Shown here: piece after piece, positions 9,334 through 17,247 of the stretch
How the letters are laid out: every line of letters starts with the position of its first letter
How positions within the stretch are numbered: the stretch's first letter is position 1
IMG/VR virus record: IMGVR_UViG_3300034072_002212
Span: 1 to 30,416 of that record
DNA: 30,416 nt
DNA from: a virus
Lineage: Duplodnaviria; Heunggongvirae; Uroviricota; Caudoviricetes
Strand: one strand, 5' to 3'
Made by a program: the position numbers and the translations under genes
The notes under the pieces: generated by a model
Told to the model about the DNA's origin: nothing
Databases searched by the model: none
Seen by the model: the letters and a program-made list of their open reading frames with translations, nothing else

Positions 9334-9339
9334 TAAATA
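9334..9339 (+). promoter_or_regulatory. TAAATA box, putative late promoter, probably giving a leaderless mRNA
   Basis: acTAAATAtggacATG; only 5 nt to the start codon and no SD sequence. Confidence 0.55.
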
Positions 9340-9344
9340 TGGAC

Positions 9345-9608
9345 ATGAGACTCTGGGAACTCCTCACACCACCAGCTCGCAAGATCAACGAAGACGGGAA
9401 GATCATTCCCGGCGTCAACACCACTGTGGACGTCAAGCCCGGTGAAACTGAGCGTCAGGCTGCGAAGTTTGGGAACAAGCTAGATAGCAAAGGTCGTCCA
9501 CCGTTGCTATCGGGTAGCTACGGGGACGACTCAGCTAGGTTCTCAGCGAACCAGGGTGACCCGTTTTACGGGTCCGATGGCACTCGACTTACGGCCTCAC
9601 GTAAGTGA
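9345..9608 (+). CDS. Small putative late/virion protein (MRLWELL…)
   Basis: MRxxE-type N-terminus immediately after the TAAATA box. Confidence 0.6.
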   Translation: MRLWELLTPPARKINEDGKIIPGVNTTVDVKPGETERQAAKFGNKLDSKGRPPLLSGSYGDDSARFSANQGDPFYGSDGTRLTASRK

Positions 9609-10074
9609 TCTTGGAGAAGCCCTCTTCCTTGGTAGGGGCTTGGTAACGCTTCTGCATGGACAGCAATGCCACGTAGGGCACGCTCTTCCCTGTTGCCAGC
9701 TTCCGCGCTTCCATCCGACGCTTTAGTTCAGCATCATCCACCACAAAGACCACGGCCTCTACCTCGGTCCCCTCGGGGAGGTCCTTGAAGTAGTCCTTGC
9801 GGTTCTTCGCACTCATCGAGGTGCGGTCGATGATGACATTCTTTCCAGCATTCAGAGCGTTCCTGTATGCGTACTTGAACGTCTTGTTGAACTGACCCCA
9901 CGGCGCCTTGGGGTGCGCTTCGTCGTAGGTCAAGCCCCGTTCCTTGGCCCACTCCTCAACTAGATCATCAGTCGAGGCAACCACCCATTCCTCCGTCTGC
10001 GTGGCCAGGAACTTTTCCCGCCACGTGGACTTGCCAGACGCCGGAGGCCCGATAAGGATGATTAGCTTTGCCAT
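9589..10074 (-). CDS. P-loop kinase, AAA_33 / polynucleotide-kinase-like
   Basis: LIILIGPPASGKST Walker A; STDD; VIIDRTS…NRK; LKRRMEAR lid. Confidence 0.8.
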   Translation of the reverse strand: MAKLIILIGPPASGKSTWREKFLATQTEEWVVASTDDLVEEWAKERGLTYDEAHPKAPWGQFNKTFKYAYRNALNAGKNVIIDRTSMSAKNRKDYFKDLPEGTEVEAVVFVVDDAELKRRMEARKLATGKSVPYVALLSMQKRYQAPTKEEGFSKITYVRP

Positions 10075-10080
10075 ACCCTC

Positions 10081-10109
10081 ACAATAGAGTAGGCATCACC
10101 TGCTGTCAA
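10081..10109 (-). promoter_or_regulatory. Sigma70-type promoter, probably leaderless
   Basis: TTGACA(10109-10104)-N17-TATTGT(10086-10081), then 6 nt to ATG. Confidence 0.55.
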
Positions 10110-10110
10110 C

Positions 10111-11010
10111 CTATTCCACAGGATAAAGGCGACGAACGTCAGCCTCAAGGCTTTCCATAAACGTCACCCCGTAACCTGGATTGGCGACATCCATGGCATC
10201 AATGAGATGCTTGGGAAGGTCGTTCTCAATGTCCGGGCAGCACGAAGCGACCGCCACTGACACCGCTGCCGCACTGTCGGTATCCCCGCCGCGATCAATA
10301 GCATCGTAGATGATGTGAGAGAGCTTGTCGAACTTGGTCAGCGCGTGAACCATATAGGACGAAATGCTGCTGCTCTTGATCGTCGTAGGCTTGCCTTCAT
10401 CCTGCTGATCTACCAAGTAGGCCCAGCGGTAGGCATCATCCCGACCGTTGACCCAGTCAACGTGGTTCATCAACCAACCCTGAAGGCATTCCTTGTTGTC
10501 GATACCCTGGTTGAAATAATAGACGGATAGAGCGACGATCTGCGCGTCCACCGCAGTAATGGGATGGTGGGTGGAGATTGCCTGGATTGTGGCCGCCAGC
10601 TTGACGATCTCCGTGTCAGGCAGAAGACCAAGCGGGGCCACGCCCATGACGCTGCCATTGCTTTCCTTGGTTCGGCTGATAGCCATGAGGAACTCATCGG
10701 CATCAGGAATGCCTTTGATAAAAGCCTGATAGCCACGGCTGTAACCCTCACGTGGGTCCTGACAATAGGCTCGCAGGTATGCGTCTACGTAGGTGTGAGG
10801 GTTGAACATCTCTGCCATGGGCCCACCGCTGGTCATAACCAGACAGTTAGCAATCGCCCGCTGAGTGTCGTCGGTATATTGTCCCGGCTTCAGCTCAACA
10901 TAGGTTGGATGCTGGAGAAACTCTTTGAAGTCGATCGGGGCGGTTTGTTGCTTGCGGGCAAACTCCCACGCGATTGCGTAGGCGTCCGCCACTGCCATTT
11001 CTACCAGCAT
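10111..11010 (-). CDS. ADP-ribosylglycohydrolase (DraG/ARH family)
   Basis: YTDDTQ, SNGSVMGVAP and GGDTDSAAA motifs; RBS AAGGAG before ATG 11010. Confidence 0.85.
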   Translation of the reverse strand: MLVEMAVADAYAIAWEFARKQQTAPIDFKEFLQHPTYVELKPGQYTDDTQRAIANCLVMTSGGPMAEMFNPHTYVDAYLRAYCQDPREGYSRGYQAFIKGIPDADEFLMAISRTKESNGSVMGVAPLGLLPDTEIVKLAATIQAISTHHPITAVDAQIVALSVYYFNQGIDNKECLQGWLMNHVDWVNGRDDAYRWAYLVDQQDEGKPTTIKSSSISSYMVHALTKFDKLSHIIYDAIDRGGDTDSAAAVSVAVASCCPDIENDLPKHLIDAMDVANPGYGVTFMESLEADVRRLYPVE

Positions 11011-11020
11011 TGTGGTCTCC

Positions 11021-11281
11021 TTAGAAGGGAAAGTGACCCCACGAGTTACCGAAGAGCTTGCGAATGGTCGCAGCCTCCTCAGGTGTGATTTCCGTGACAG
11101 TGAAGTCATCGTCCTCGAAGTCGCCCTCGTCTTCCCAACCCTCGTTGGTGCCGAACATAAAGGTATGCTCCGAGAGGTCACCCTTCTCTTTCAGCCAGTC
11201 AGCTTCACTGTTGTAGATCTTGTAGCCATAGACATCGAACTCGTCGGCCCAATCCTTCTGGAACTTAACTAGCACTGGCAC
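11021..11281 (-). CDS. Small acidic hypothetical protein
   Basis: AGGAG 7 nt before GTG 11281. Confidence 0.65.
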   Translation of the reverse strand: MPVLVKFQKDWADEFDVYGYKIYNSEADWLKEKGDLSEHTFMFGTNEGWEDEGDFEDDDFTVTEITPEEAATIRKLFGNSWGHFPF

Positions 11282-12041
11282 GGGTCTTCTCCTTTGCGAA
11301 ATGAACCATAGTCGAGGGTCCTGGGTCCACTCCCTTGGCTTCCGCGAAGAGCTTGCGCGTGGAACCTTCAATTGATTCCTCGAGCCGCTTCATGAACTCA
11401 GCCTTGGAAAGTCCAGGCGGGATGGGTTCAAGGTATTCCACGACAGCATTGCCGGGAGTCTTGTTGAACTGTGTCTGTTCCCAGAAGCAACCAAGGTTCG
11501 TCCCTGCAGGAACCACTGGCACATGGTGGGCGCTGTAGAGTGCGTAGATGCCCAGGCGGTAACGATGGTGCGTTCCTGGCTTTGAGAGGTGACCCTCAGG
11601 GTAGATGAGGATCCGCTTGCCTTCCGCGAATGCCTGCTCGGCACCTCGCATCAGGTCTTCCTTGCTCTGTCCACCGCCACAAGAGTCGACCACGATGGCG
11701 CCAATCTTGCGAAGCAATCCCTTGAGCAGCGGGATCTTTTCCAAGTGATTGCCGGTCACGAAGACCAGATCATCCACAACACTGAAGCTTGCGAAACCGT
11801 CACCCCAGCTCTGGTGCTTGGGAGCGAGAATGAAAGCACCCTTGGGTAAGTTCTCGAGTCCACGATGTTCCACGCGGATCCCAGCTACCGCCTTCATGGC
11901 CCAAAGCATTCTCTGGGCATAGCGACGCACGATCCAGCGCGTGATCAGCTTGCCAGGGAAGATCACCGAAAGCGTTGCCATGAACACATAGCTGACGCTC
12001 AGAAAATAGTAGGCGAACAGAAAGGCTGCGCTGCGGATCAC
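11265..12041 (-). CDS. plsC: 1-acyl-sn-glycerol-3-phosphate acyltransferase-like (PlsC/LPLAT family)
   Basis: N-terminal TM helix, KHQSWGD (HX4D) and IYPEG motifs. Confidence 0.85.
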   Translation of the reverse strand: MIRSAAFLFAYYFLSVSYVFMATLSVIFPGKLITRWIVRRYAQRMLWAMKAVAGIRVEHRGLENLPKGAFILAPKHQSWGDGFASFSVVDDLVFVTGNHLEKIPLLKGLLRKIGAIVVDSCGGGQSKEDLMRGAEQAFAEGKRILIYPEGHLSKPGTHHRYRLGIYALYSAHHVPVVPAGTNLGCFWEQTQFNKTPGNAVVEYLEPIPPGLSKAEFMKRLEESIEGSTRKLFAEAKGVDPGPSTMVHFAKEKTRASAS

Positions 12042-12595
12042 TGATCGCCGTCCCGTGCTGCGAGGTTGGCGGCCTTGTAGGCTTCGCCGCGGGCGCGCTT
12101 GGCATCCTTGCTCTGCCGGATCTCTGCCAGCTTGGCCTTGACTTTGCTGTCAATGAGGGCTTGGCCCTGTGGACTCTCGAGGAACTCTTCAACGCTCTTG
12201 CGCGTCTGCCGGTTGTCATCTTCCTTGAGCAACTGGCGTGCCAGCTCTAGCTGATCCGCTCGCTCACGCTCATCACGGGCCATCCGATGATAGTTGGACT
12301 CCTCGTCATACTTCTCCCAGGAGTTGGTATCGTGGTCCCAATGCCTGGAGTCGTAGATCTTACAATCCACCATGAATCCCAGGAGTGTGAGACTGAAGCC
12401 CACACTCGCATGGTCAGAGCCAGTGGGGATCAGATCGAGATTGAAGCTGAAGAGCTCATTCCAGCCGAAATAGTCGGTCTGCCACTCAAAGGATTTGTTC
12501 TCGCTGATGTTGCGATGAGCGTAGGTCGAGAACCACTTCATGGGGCGGTTCTTCGCCCAACCATGTGGCAACGTGAGGTTGAGTCTGAAAGTCAT
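12038..12595 (-). CDS. Hypothetical protein (aromatic beta N-half, charged helical C-half)
   Basis: Own promoter; GTGA/ATGA-type overlap with the downstream gene. Confidence 0.7.
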   Translation of the reverse strand: MTFRLNLTLPHGWAKNRPMKWFSTYAHRNISENKSFEWQTDYFGWNELFSFNLDLIPTGSDHASVGFSLTLLGFMVDCKIYDSRHWDHDTNSWEKYDEESNYHRMARDERERADQLELARQLLKEDDNRQTRKSVEEFLESPQGQALIDSKVKAKLAEIRQSKDAKRARGEAYKAANLAARDGDQ

Positions 12596-12596
12596 A

Positions 12597-12630
12597 GCAC
12601 CGCGTTATAGGACTGCGGTGCACTTGTCAA
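12597..12630 (-). promoter_or_regulatory. Promoter with -10 in the loop of a 7-bp inverted repeat next to ATG
   Basis: TTGACA(12630-12625)-N15-TATAAC(12609-12604); GCACCGC/GCGGTGC; ATG 8 nt downstream. Confidence 0.55.
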
Positions 12631-12631
12631 A

Positions 12632-12669
12632 ACAAATGGCGTCGGGGCCCAACCCCCGACGCCATTTGT
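12632..12669 (-). terminator. Intrinsic terminator after the WYL gene
   Basis: Perfect 16-bp stem ACAAATGGCGTCGGGG/CCCCGACGCCATTTGT, 6-nt loop, followed by TTT. Confidence 0.8.
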
Positions 12670-12690
12670 CCAACCTAGGGAGCGGTTGAC

Positions 12691-13053
12691 TTAGGCCGCG
12701 ACTGTGTCAGCGGGATTTGAAACACGAGTGGGAAGATCCTTGCCGATACCTGTAGCAGCGTAGATCTCATCCCACTTGGTAAAATGGGCTTCACCCTCAG
12801 GGTGGTGTTCGATCCGTTCGCCGGTGAGCTTGACGCTCTTCACGCGGCGCATGTCATAACGACGCATCCCAGATTCACCGCCACTGACCTGATATCCGTA
12901 GAGGCTCTCCTTGCCGTTCTTGCAGCCGTAGATCCAAGGCTCGACGATGCGCTCGGTGGGCTCTTCGCTCGAGGAATTCTCGCTATGATAGCGAAAGCAG
13001 ACTGTGAGCCTGCTTTCTATTGCGTCGACAAGGGTGGGATGCTGAGGTGTCAT
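12691..13053 (-). CDS. Stand-alone WYL-domain protein (no HTH)
   Basis: AIESRLTVCFRY…RIVEPW…LYGYQ…RRYDMRRVKSV is a WYL pattern; GGAG before ATG 13053. Confidence 0.75.
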   Translation of the reverse strand: MTPQHPTLVDAIESRLTVCFRYHSENSSSEEPTERIVEPWIYGCKNGKESLYGYQVSGGESGMRRYDMRRVKSVKLTGERIEHHPEGEAHFTKWDEIYAATGIGKDLPTRVSNPADTVAA

Positions 13054-13085
13054 TTGGAACTCCACTTTGTTGCGTGGTAGAGCTA

Positions 13086-13117
13086 ATCAAGCACTTGTGT
13101 TCGTGCCTATCAAGCAC
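13086..13117 (-). repeat. 9-bp direct repeat GTGCTTGAT x2, 23-nt period, upstream of the WYL gene
   Basis: Copies at 13086-13094 and 13109-13117. Confidence 0.6.
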
Positions 13118-13162
13118 ATTCAACGCAAGAATCAAACAACCCGTCCACTAGCTGTGGACAAG

Positions 13163-13609
13163 TCAGGTAATGCGGAGTGGCTTCTGTTTGAATCCTGGCT
13201 TGCTGAAACGCTTCTCACAGTCACCTGTTGGCTTCCCAAAGAACGTTGGATCGAAATAGGTATCAACGCTGGTCTTAGGCGGTAAACCCTTGCGCGTCCG
13301 GCTGTGAACCTTGACTTCCTTGTAGGTCCAGGACAGCTTGAGCATCACATACTGGCTCTTGGTCAAGCCATAGGCGCAGAAGTGACGATCACACCAACCA
13401 TAGCTTCCATCCTCATACCAGCGAACCGGCACATCACGGAATTCGTTCCTGACTTCGGGGAACTGCTTACGGAGATGATTGATGAAGTCCTTGTTGGAGT
13501 TACGTGAATCCTTATAGCTGGGACTATAGAGATAAGAGGGATGGTTGATATAGAGGTTGATCAGTCCATCCTTGCGGACCAGAACCCGCACCTTGTTCTT
13601 CATGCTCAT
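13163..13609 (-). CDS. Hypothetical protein, paralog of 13606-14079
   Basis: Shares F(I/C)NxLRKxFP…CD(R/K)HFxAYGL…KL(S/A)W. Confidence 0.75.
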   Translation of the reverse strand: MSMKNKVRVLVRKDGLINLYINHPSYLYSPSYKDSRNSNKDFINHLRKQFPEVRNEFRDVPVRWYEDGSYGWCDRHFCAYGLTKSQYVMLKLSWTYKEVKVHSRTRKGLPPKTSVDTYFDPTFFGKPTGDCEKRFSKPGFKQKPLRIT

Positions 13610-14079
13610 GCGGTCCTCACGGGCTTGGCTTTGGTCTTGTTCTCAATGCGCTTCACTAGCGCATCGCTGGGACGAAAGCCCGCAGGTGCTTCAATGGCGT
13701 AAGCCGAGGGATCTGGGTGAGTAGCGGTCTTGAGTCGACAAGGCTGAGATGTGAATTGCCAAGCCAACTTGACCATCATGAGCTCGCTTCCCTTGAGACC
13801 ATAGGCCACGAAATGCTTGTCGCAGTTCACAGTCTTGAAGCGACGCCGAGACCAATAGGATCCGCGACCAACACGAACTTGCTTGGTGTTGACGTAGCGG
13901 AACTCAGTAGGGACGTGTGGAAAGGTCTTGCGGAGCCAGTTACAGAACGCCCTGGTCTTGTTGGCTTTTTCCTTGCGCTCCTTGTCCTTCCAATAGGTCA
14001 GGGAGTCGTGAGGCACCAGGATACAGAAGTCATCGGGACCACGCTCCAGGATTCTGATTGGATAGTCTAGCTCTTGCAT
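13606..14079 (-). CDS. Hypothetical protein, paralog of 13163-13609
   Basis: Same motif set; start at ATG 14079 preferred (7 nt after a -10-like box). Confidence 0.7.
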   Translation of the reverse strand: MQELDYPIRILERGPDDFCILVPHDSLTYWKDKERKEKANKTRAFCNWLRKTFPHVPTEFRYVNTKQVRVGRGSYWSRRRFKTVNCDKHFVAYGLKGSELMMVKLAWQFTSQPCRLKTATHPDPSAYAIEAPAGFRPSDALVKRIENKTKAKPVRTA

Positions 14080-14081
14080 AA

Positions 14082-14122
14082 TCCGCACCATAAAGAGGTG
14101 CGGAGCAAGGTGTCATTATTTA
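14082..14122 (-). promoter_or_regulatory. TAAATA box plus a weak sigma70-like promoter nested in an 8-bp inverted repeat
   Basis: TAAATA 14122-14117; ATGACA-N18-TATGGT; TCCGCACC/GGTGCGGA arms at 14104-14097 and 14089-14082. Confidence 0.45.
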
Positions 14123-14416
14123 GATCCAGGTAAGAGGCCGCTTGGCGCGCCGCTCCTGAAAGTTCTGGAAGTCACGTTTTTGTTGGCGGATCTCTTCCTC
14201 GTTATCCAAATGGCTCTTACAAGCCAGGATAACCTCTTCATAGGTCTTCATGACTCGCTTGTCCAGATCACCACGCAGACGAAAGCCTACCTGGCCTCCT
14301 ACGATGAGGCAAGTGATCATCCAGAGAATTGCGGTCGTTCGACCTATAGATTTGCGAGCTTGTCCAGCGTCATGGCGTTGACCATGTTCTGGCTGAGCCG
14401 GGCGATGTAGCGACAT
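14120..14416 (-). CDS. Small membrane-anchored protein (start uncertain)
   Basis: Hydrophobic AILWMITCLIVGG followed by a charged helix; the N-terminal extension overlaps the upstream gene. Confidence 0.5.
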   Translation of the reverse strand: MSLHRPAQPEHGQRHDAGQARKSIGRTTAILWMITCLIVGGQVGFRLRGDLDKRVMKTYEEVILACKSHLDNEEEIRQQKRDFQNFQERRAKRPLTWI

Positions 14417-14727
14417 TCCTTGACTTCCTGCTCAGCGACCACATCCTTGGGATGGGTCTTCATGGTCTTCACAGTGACCTTGCCGGTCTTGCCAATGCGG
14501 GAGACCCGACCGAGCATTGCCATGGGATAGCCACCCCAATGCACGAACATCACGTAGTCGCCCACATCAATCTCATCGCCGTAGCGATCCTTGGGCCACT
14601 TGTGACCCCTGAGCAGCTTGATGCGCTCAGGGGTCTGAGGATCACTTCCAGGGGCTGGGGATTCCACCGGTTCGCCCGTTGTCGTTGCCGGCGGTTGGCT
14701 TGGCTGTTCCGAGTTCGTCGACAGCAT
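14344..14727 (-). CDS. KOW/SH3-like small protein, paralog of the C-domains of the 15022 and 15741 genes
   Basis: KDRYGDEIDVGDYVMF…GRVSRI…; GGGGGTAAGG precedes ATG 14727; overlaps the lipoprotein gene. Confidence 0.6.
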   Translation of the reverse strand: MLSTNSEQPSQPPATTTGEPVESPAPGSDPQTPERIKLLRGHKWPKDRYGDEIDVGDYVMFVHWGGYPMAMLGRVSRIGKTGKVTVKTMKTHPKDVVAEQEVKECRYIARLSQNMVNAMTLDKLANL

Positions 14728-14965
14728 AGCTGACCTTACCCCCTTCCTTTTTGTAGCAGATCTGGCCAGTGCGAACGCTGCCGGCCTTGGTGCCGATGAA
14801 GTGACGACCCTTGCCCATTTTGCCGCAGGAGAAGGAGTCACGAATCAGGACCTTGCTGTAGCCCTGGCTCTCGAGATGCTTGGTAAGGTCCTCGTTGCGG
14901 ACCATGGGGCTCTGACCACACGCTGCGAGCGTTACGGCGAGAGCGACGATGCCAATGCGAAACAT
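14642..14965 (-). CDS. Small lipoprotein
   Basis: Lipobox LAAC after a hydrophobic stretch; RBS CAGGAG. Confidence 0.75.
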   Translation of the reverse strand: MFRIGIVALAVTLAACGQSPMVRNEDLTKHLESQGYSKVLIRDSFSCGKMGKGRHFIGTKAGSVRTGQICYKKEGGKVSYAVDELGTAKPTAGNDNGRTGGIPSPWK

Positions 14966-14967
14966 AT

Positions 14968-15017
14968 TTGGTCTCCTGATACGCAGACTGTTCTACGCTC
15001 AGGAGACCAATTGTCAA
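14968..15017 (-). promoter_or_regulatory. Promoter nested in a 12+6-bp hairpin that sequesters the RBS
   Basis: TTGACA(15017-15012)-N16-TAGAAC(14995-14990); TTGGTCTCCTGA/TCAGGAGACCAA is a perfect 12-bp repeat. Confidence 0.75.
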
Positions 15018-15021
15018 CCGC

Positions 15022-15741
15022 TTACAGGATCGAGAGGCGTGCCAGCATGAGCTTGTCCATGAGGTCCTTGCTCATGATGACGATCAGGCTGTTGTCCTTG
15101 ATTCGCTTCTCATCCACACGGTCATCTTCCTTGAGCTTGATGTTCTTGGCGTGAACCGTGCCATCATTCTCAATCTTCGAGACCTTGCCATAATAGATGC
15201 CTGCGGCGTTATGGCTGTTGTCGAAGTGATAGAGGATATAGGAGATGAAGTCGCCCTTCTTAATCTCACGACCCAGCTTATCCTTGGGTGTGATTGCGGG
15301 CGGGTCCTCCGGCTTTGCCCAGACCCACTTTGTGCCTTGCGAGGCGTCATAACCCTTAAGCCAATGAGCGCCCCAAGAGGCGTCAATACTGTTCGAGCGA
15401 CCGTCCCACTTTACCTTGAGCGTGGGATTGTATCGTTCAAGCTTGAGAGCATCTACGTTCTCTTCCTTGACCTCAATGGTCTGGCGCGCTGGACCTCGAT
15501 TGTAATAGCCACGATATTCAGTGGCACCGTGGAGGATGTTCTGCATCTCTTCATCAGAGATCACAATGCGACCAATGGAGCCAGTGCGGCGAGCATCGGT
15601 AGAACCGTCAAACTCTACAAACTGCGGCTCACCGCGAATGTAGGCCTTGACCATTTCGGCCATTTCCCTTGCCCACACCGAGGCGGACAAGCTCTGACCA
15701 TAATAACGGGAGATCCCGATTTTCTGAACCTGCTGGGTCAT
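15022..15741 (-). CDS. Hypothetical protein with C-terminal KOW/SH3-like domain
   Basis: KDKLGREIKKGDFISY…LMLARL; tandem paralog of 15741-16451. Confidence 0.75.
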   Translation of the reverse strand: MTQQVQKIGISRYYGQSLSASVWAREMAEMVKAYIRGEPQFVEFDGSTDARRTGSIGRIVISDEEMQNILHGATEYRGYYNRGPARQTIEVKEENVDALKLERYNPTLKVKWDGRSNSIDASWGAHWLKGYDASQGTKWVWAKPEDPPAITPKDKLGREIKKGDFISYILYHFDNSHNAAGIYYGKVSKIENDGTVHAKNIKLKEDDRVDEKRIKDNSLIVIMSKDLMDKLMLARLSIL

Positions 15742-16451
15742 TAGTCTGCACTCAAACGGGCCATCATGAGGCGGCCCATCAACTTGTCGTTGACAATGAG
15801 GAGGTGCTGAGCTTCGAAAGCCTTGAGCTCTTCACCAGCGCGCTCACCATCGCGAAGCTTGAGCGTCTTCACGAACACGCCACCCTTGTCAGTGAGGCGG
15901 GTCACGCTACCAAACTTCATCGAGATGTTGCCATAGCGACGATGCACGAAGCAGACGAACTGGCCGGGCTCAATTTCCTGACCTAGCGAGTCATAGGGCA
16001 CAACGCGCGGCGGCTTTTCTTTGCTGGGACCCTTGGTCCACTGCCACTCAGTGCCACCGGTCCAATTGGGCAGGTATTCGACCTCATTGGGCATGGGTGA
16101 GCACTTGTTCTTGCGTCCGTCCCAGACAACTTCGATGTCACGGATGCCCAGGTAGTCCTCATAGCGCGAACCCCAATAGTTGCGAGTCTGACTGCCCGAA
16201 GGACGATAGTCGAAAGTGATCTTGCTCAGACGCCCCACAGAACCCTTACGACGTTCATCCATGATCTGGACGTAAACGGGTTCACCCTTGGCTAGCTTGC
16301 CCTCGATTTCAGCTTTGAGGGCCAGATATTCCTGAGTGTCTTTGTTTCCGGTGGAATAGGAACCCCAACGATGCGTCTGGAGTAGCTGGCCGCCCTCCCA
16401 GAACATCAGCTCTTCAGCTTCGTCCTGCGTTTCTTCGATTTCTTCTGACAT
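15741..16451 (-). CDS. Paralog of 15022-15741
   Basis: D(A/E)RRxGS(I/V)GR, VxWDGR, GTxWxW and DxLGxEIxxG motifs shared; TAATG coupling. Confidence 0.75.
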   Translation of the reverse strand: MSEEIEETQDEAEELMFWEGGQLLQTHRWGSYSTGNKDTQEYLALKAEIEGKLAKGEPVYVQIMDERRKGSVGRLSKITFDYRPSGSQTRNYWGSRYEDYLGIRDIEVVWDGRKNKCSPMPNEVEYLPNWTGGTEWQWTKGPSKEKPPRVVPYDSLGQEIEPGQFVCFVHRRYGNISMKFGSVTRLTDKGGVFVKTLKLRDGERAGEELKAFEAQHLLIVNDKLMGRLMMARLSAD

Positions 16452-16490
16452 TGTGCCTCACCAGTTTATTCGATCTGGCCGGCAAGGCTG

Positions 16491-16532
16491 GGGCGTAGCC
16501 TCGTTGTAAGACTACGCCCTGTGAGTTGTCTA
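16491..16532 (-). promoter_or_regulatory. 10-bp hairpin with a possible -10 in its loop (terminator and/or promoter)
   Basis: GGGCGTAGTC/GGCTACGCCC; TAGACA-N18-TACAAC; no U-tract. Confidence 0.4.
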
Positions 16533-16543
16533 TATTGAGGAGA

Positions 16544-17188
16544 TTAGACCCCCATCTTCACGGGATCGCTAGCCGCGTGGACCGCCTCGATCAGCTGGAT
16601 CTGGCTCTCGAGAATGTGCTTGATGTTCTCGTAGGCGTTGACCTGGTGCGAGAACAGTCGGCGGGCCTTCTTCAGCATGGGAAAGAAGAGGTCATGCACC
16701 TCGCGGATGTATTCCTTCTGCTTCTCCAGCTTGAACACGCCGACCATGGACTGCAGGTTGTGCATCCGGTCGCAGCCCTTGGCGATGCTCGCGATGGGGT
16801 CCTGGCTCATGGCCTCGAAGAGGGCCTTCTCGTCCTTCTTCACACCGCGGAACTCTTTGGTCATGTTCTCGACCGCACGGTCGACGCGGGCTGCGAACTC
16901 GGGATCTTCGAAGAAGAGATCGCGGATCTCGGCTGCGGTCACGCCGTAGTCTTCCCGCACATCGTGGAGCAGGATGGTCGCAATCACTTCCTGGCGGAAC
17001 ATCAGGTCCGGCAGGGTCAGCGCAAAGAGCGCAATCTCGATTTGATGTTGGAACTCGGGAGTGATGCCGTCCTTGCGGAGGCCGGTGTGATACCGATGCG
17101 CGAATTCCAGTGCGGCCAGCGCGTGATGATAGCGGGCACCAATGAGCTGTTGCCGGAGCGTCAGCAGCTTCTTCTGGAACTTGGTCAC
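16544..17188 (-). CDS. HD-domain hydrolase, RelA/SpoT/Mesh1-like (small alarmone hydrolase-like)
   Basis: FAHRYHTGLRKDG…H…LLHDVRED…KGCDRMHNL. Confidence 0.8.
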   Translation of the reverse strand: MTKFQKKLLTLRQQLIGARYHHALAALEFAHRYHTGLRKDGITPEFQHQIEIALFALTLPDLMFRQEVIATILLHDVREDYGVTAAEIRDLFFEDPEFAARVDRAVENMTKEFRGVKKDEKALFEAMSQDPIASIAKGCDRMHNLQSMVGVFKLEKQKEYIREVHDLFFPMLKKARRLFSHQVNAYENIKHILESQIQLIEAVHAASDPVKMGV

Positions 17189-17243
17189 CTGTTAGTCTCC
17201 TATTACCTACGCTCAAGAGAACATAGGTGAGACCAGGTGTCAA
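17188..17243 (-). promoter_or_regulatory. TTGACA box followed by an inverted repeat covering the RBS of the HD gene
   Basis: CCTG-GTCTC-ACCTATG pairs with CGTAGGT…GAGAC…CAGG; the -10 is not clearly identifiable. Confidence 0.5.
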
Positions 17244-17247
17244 CCAA

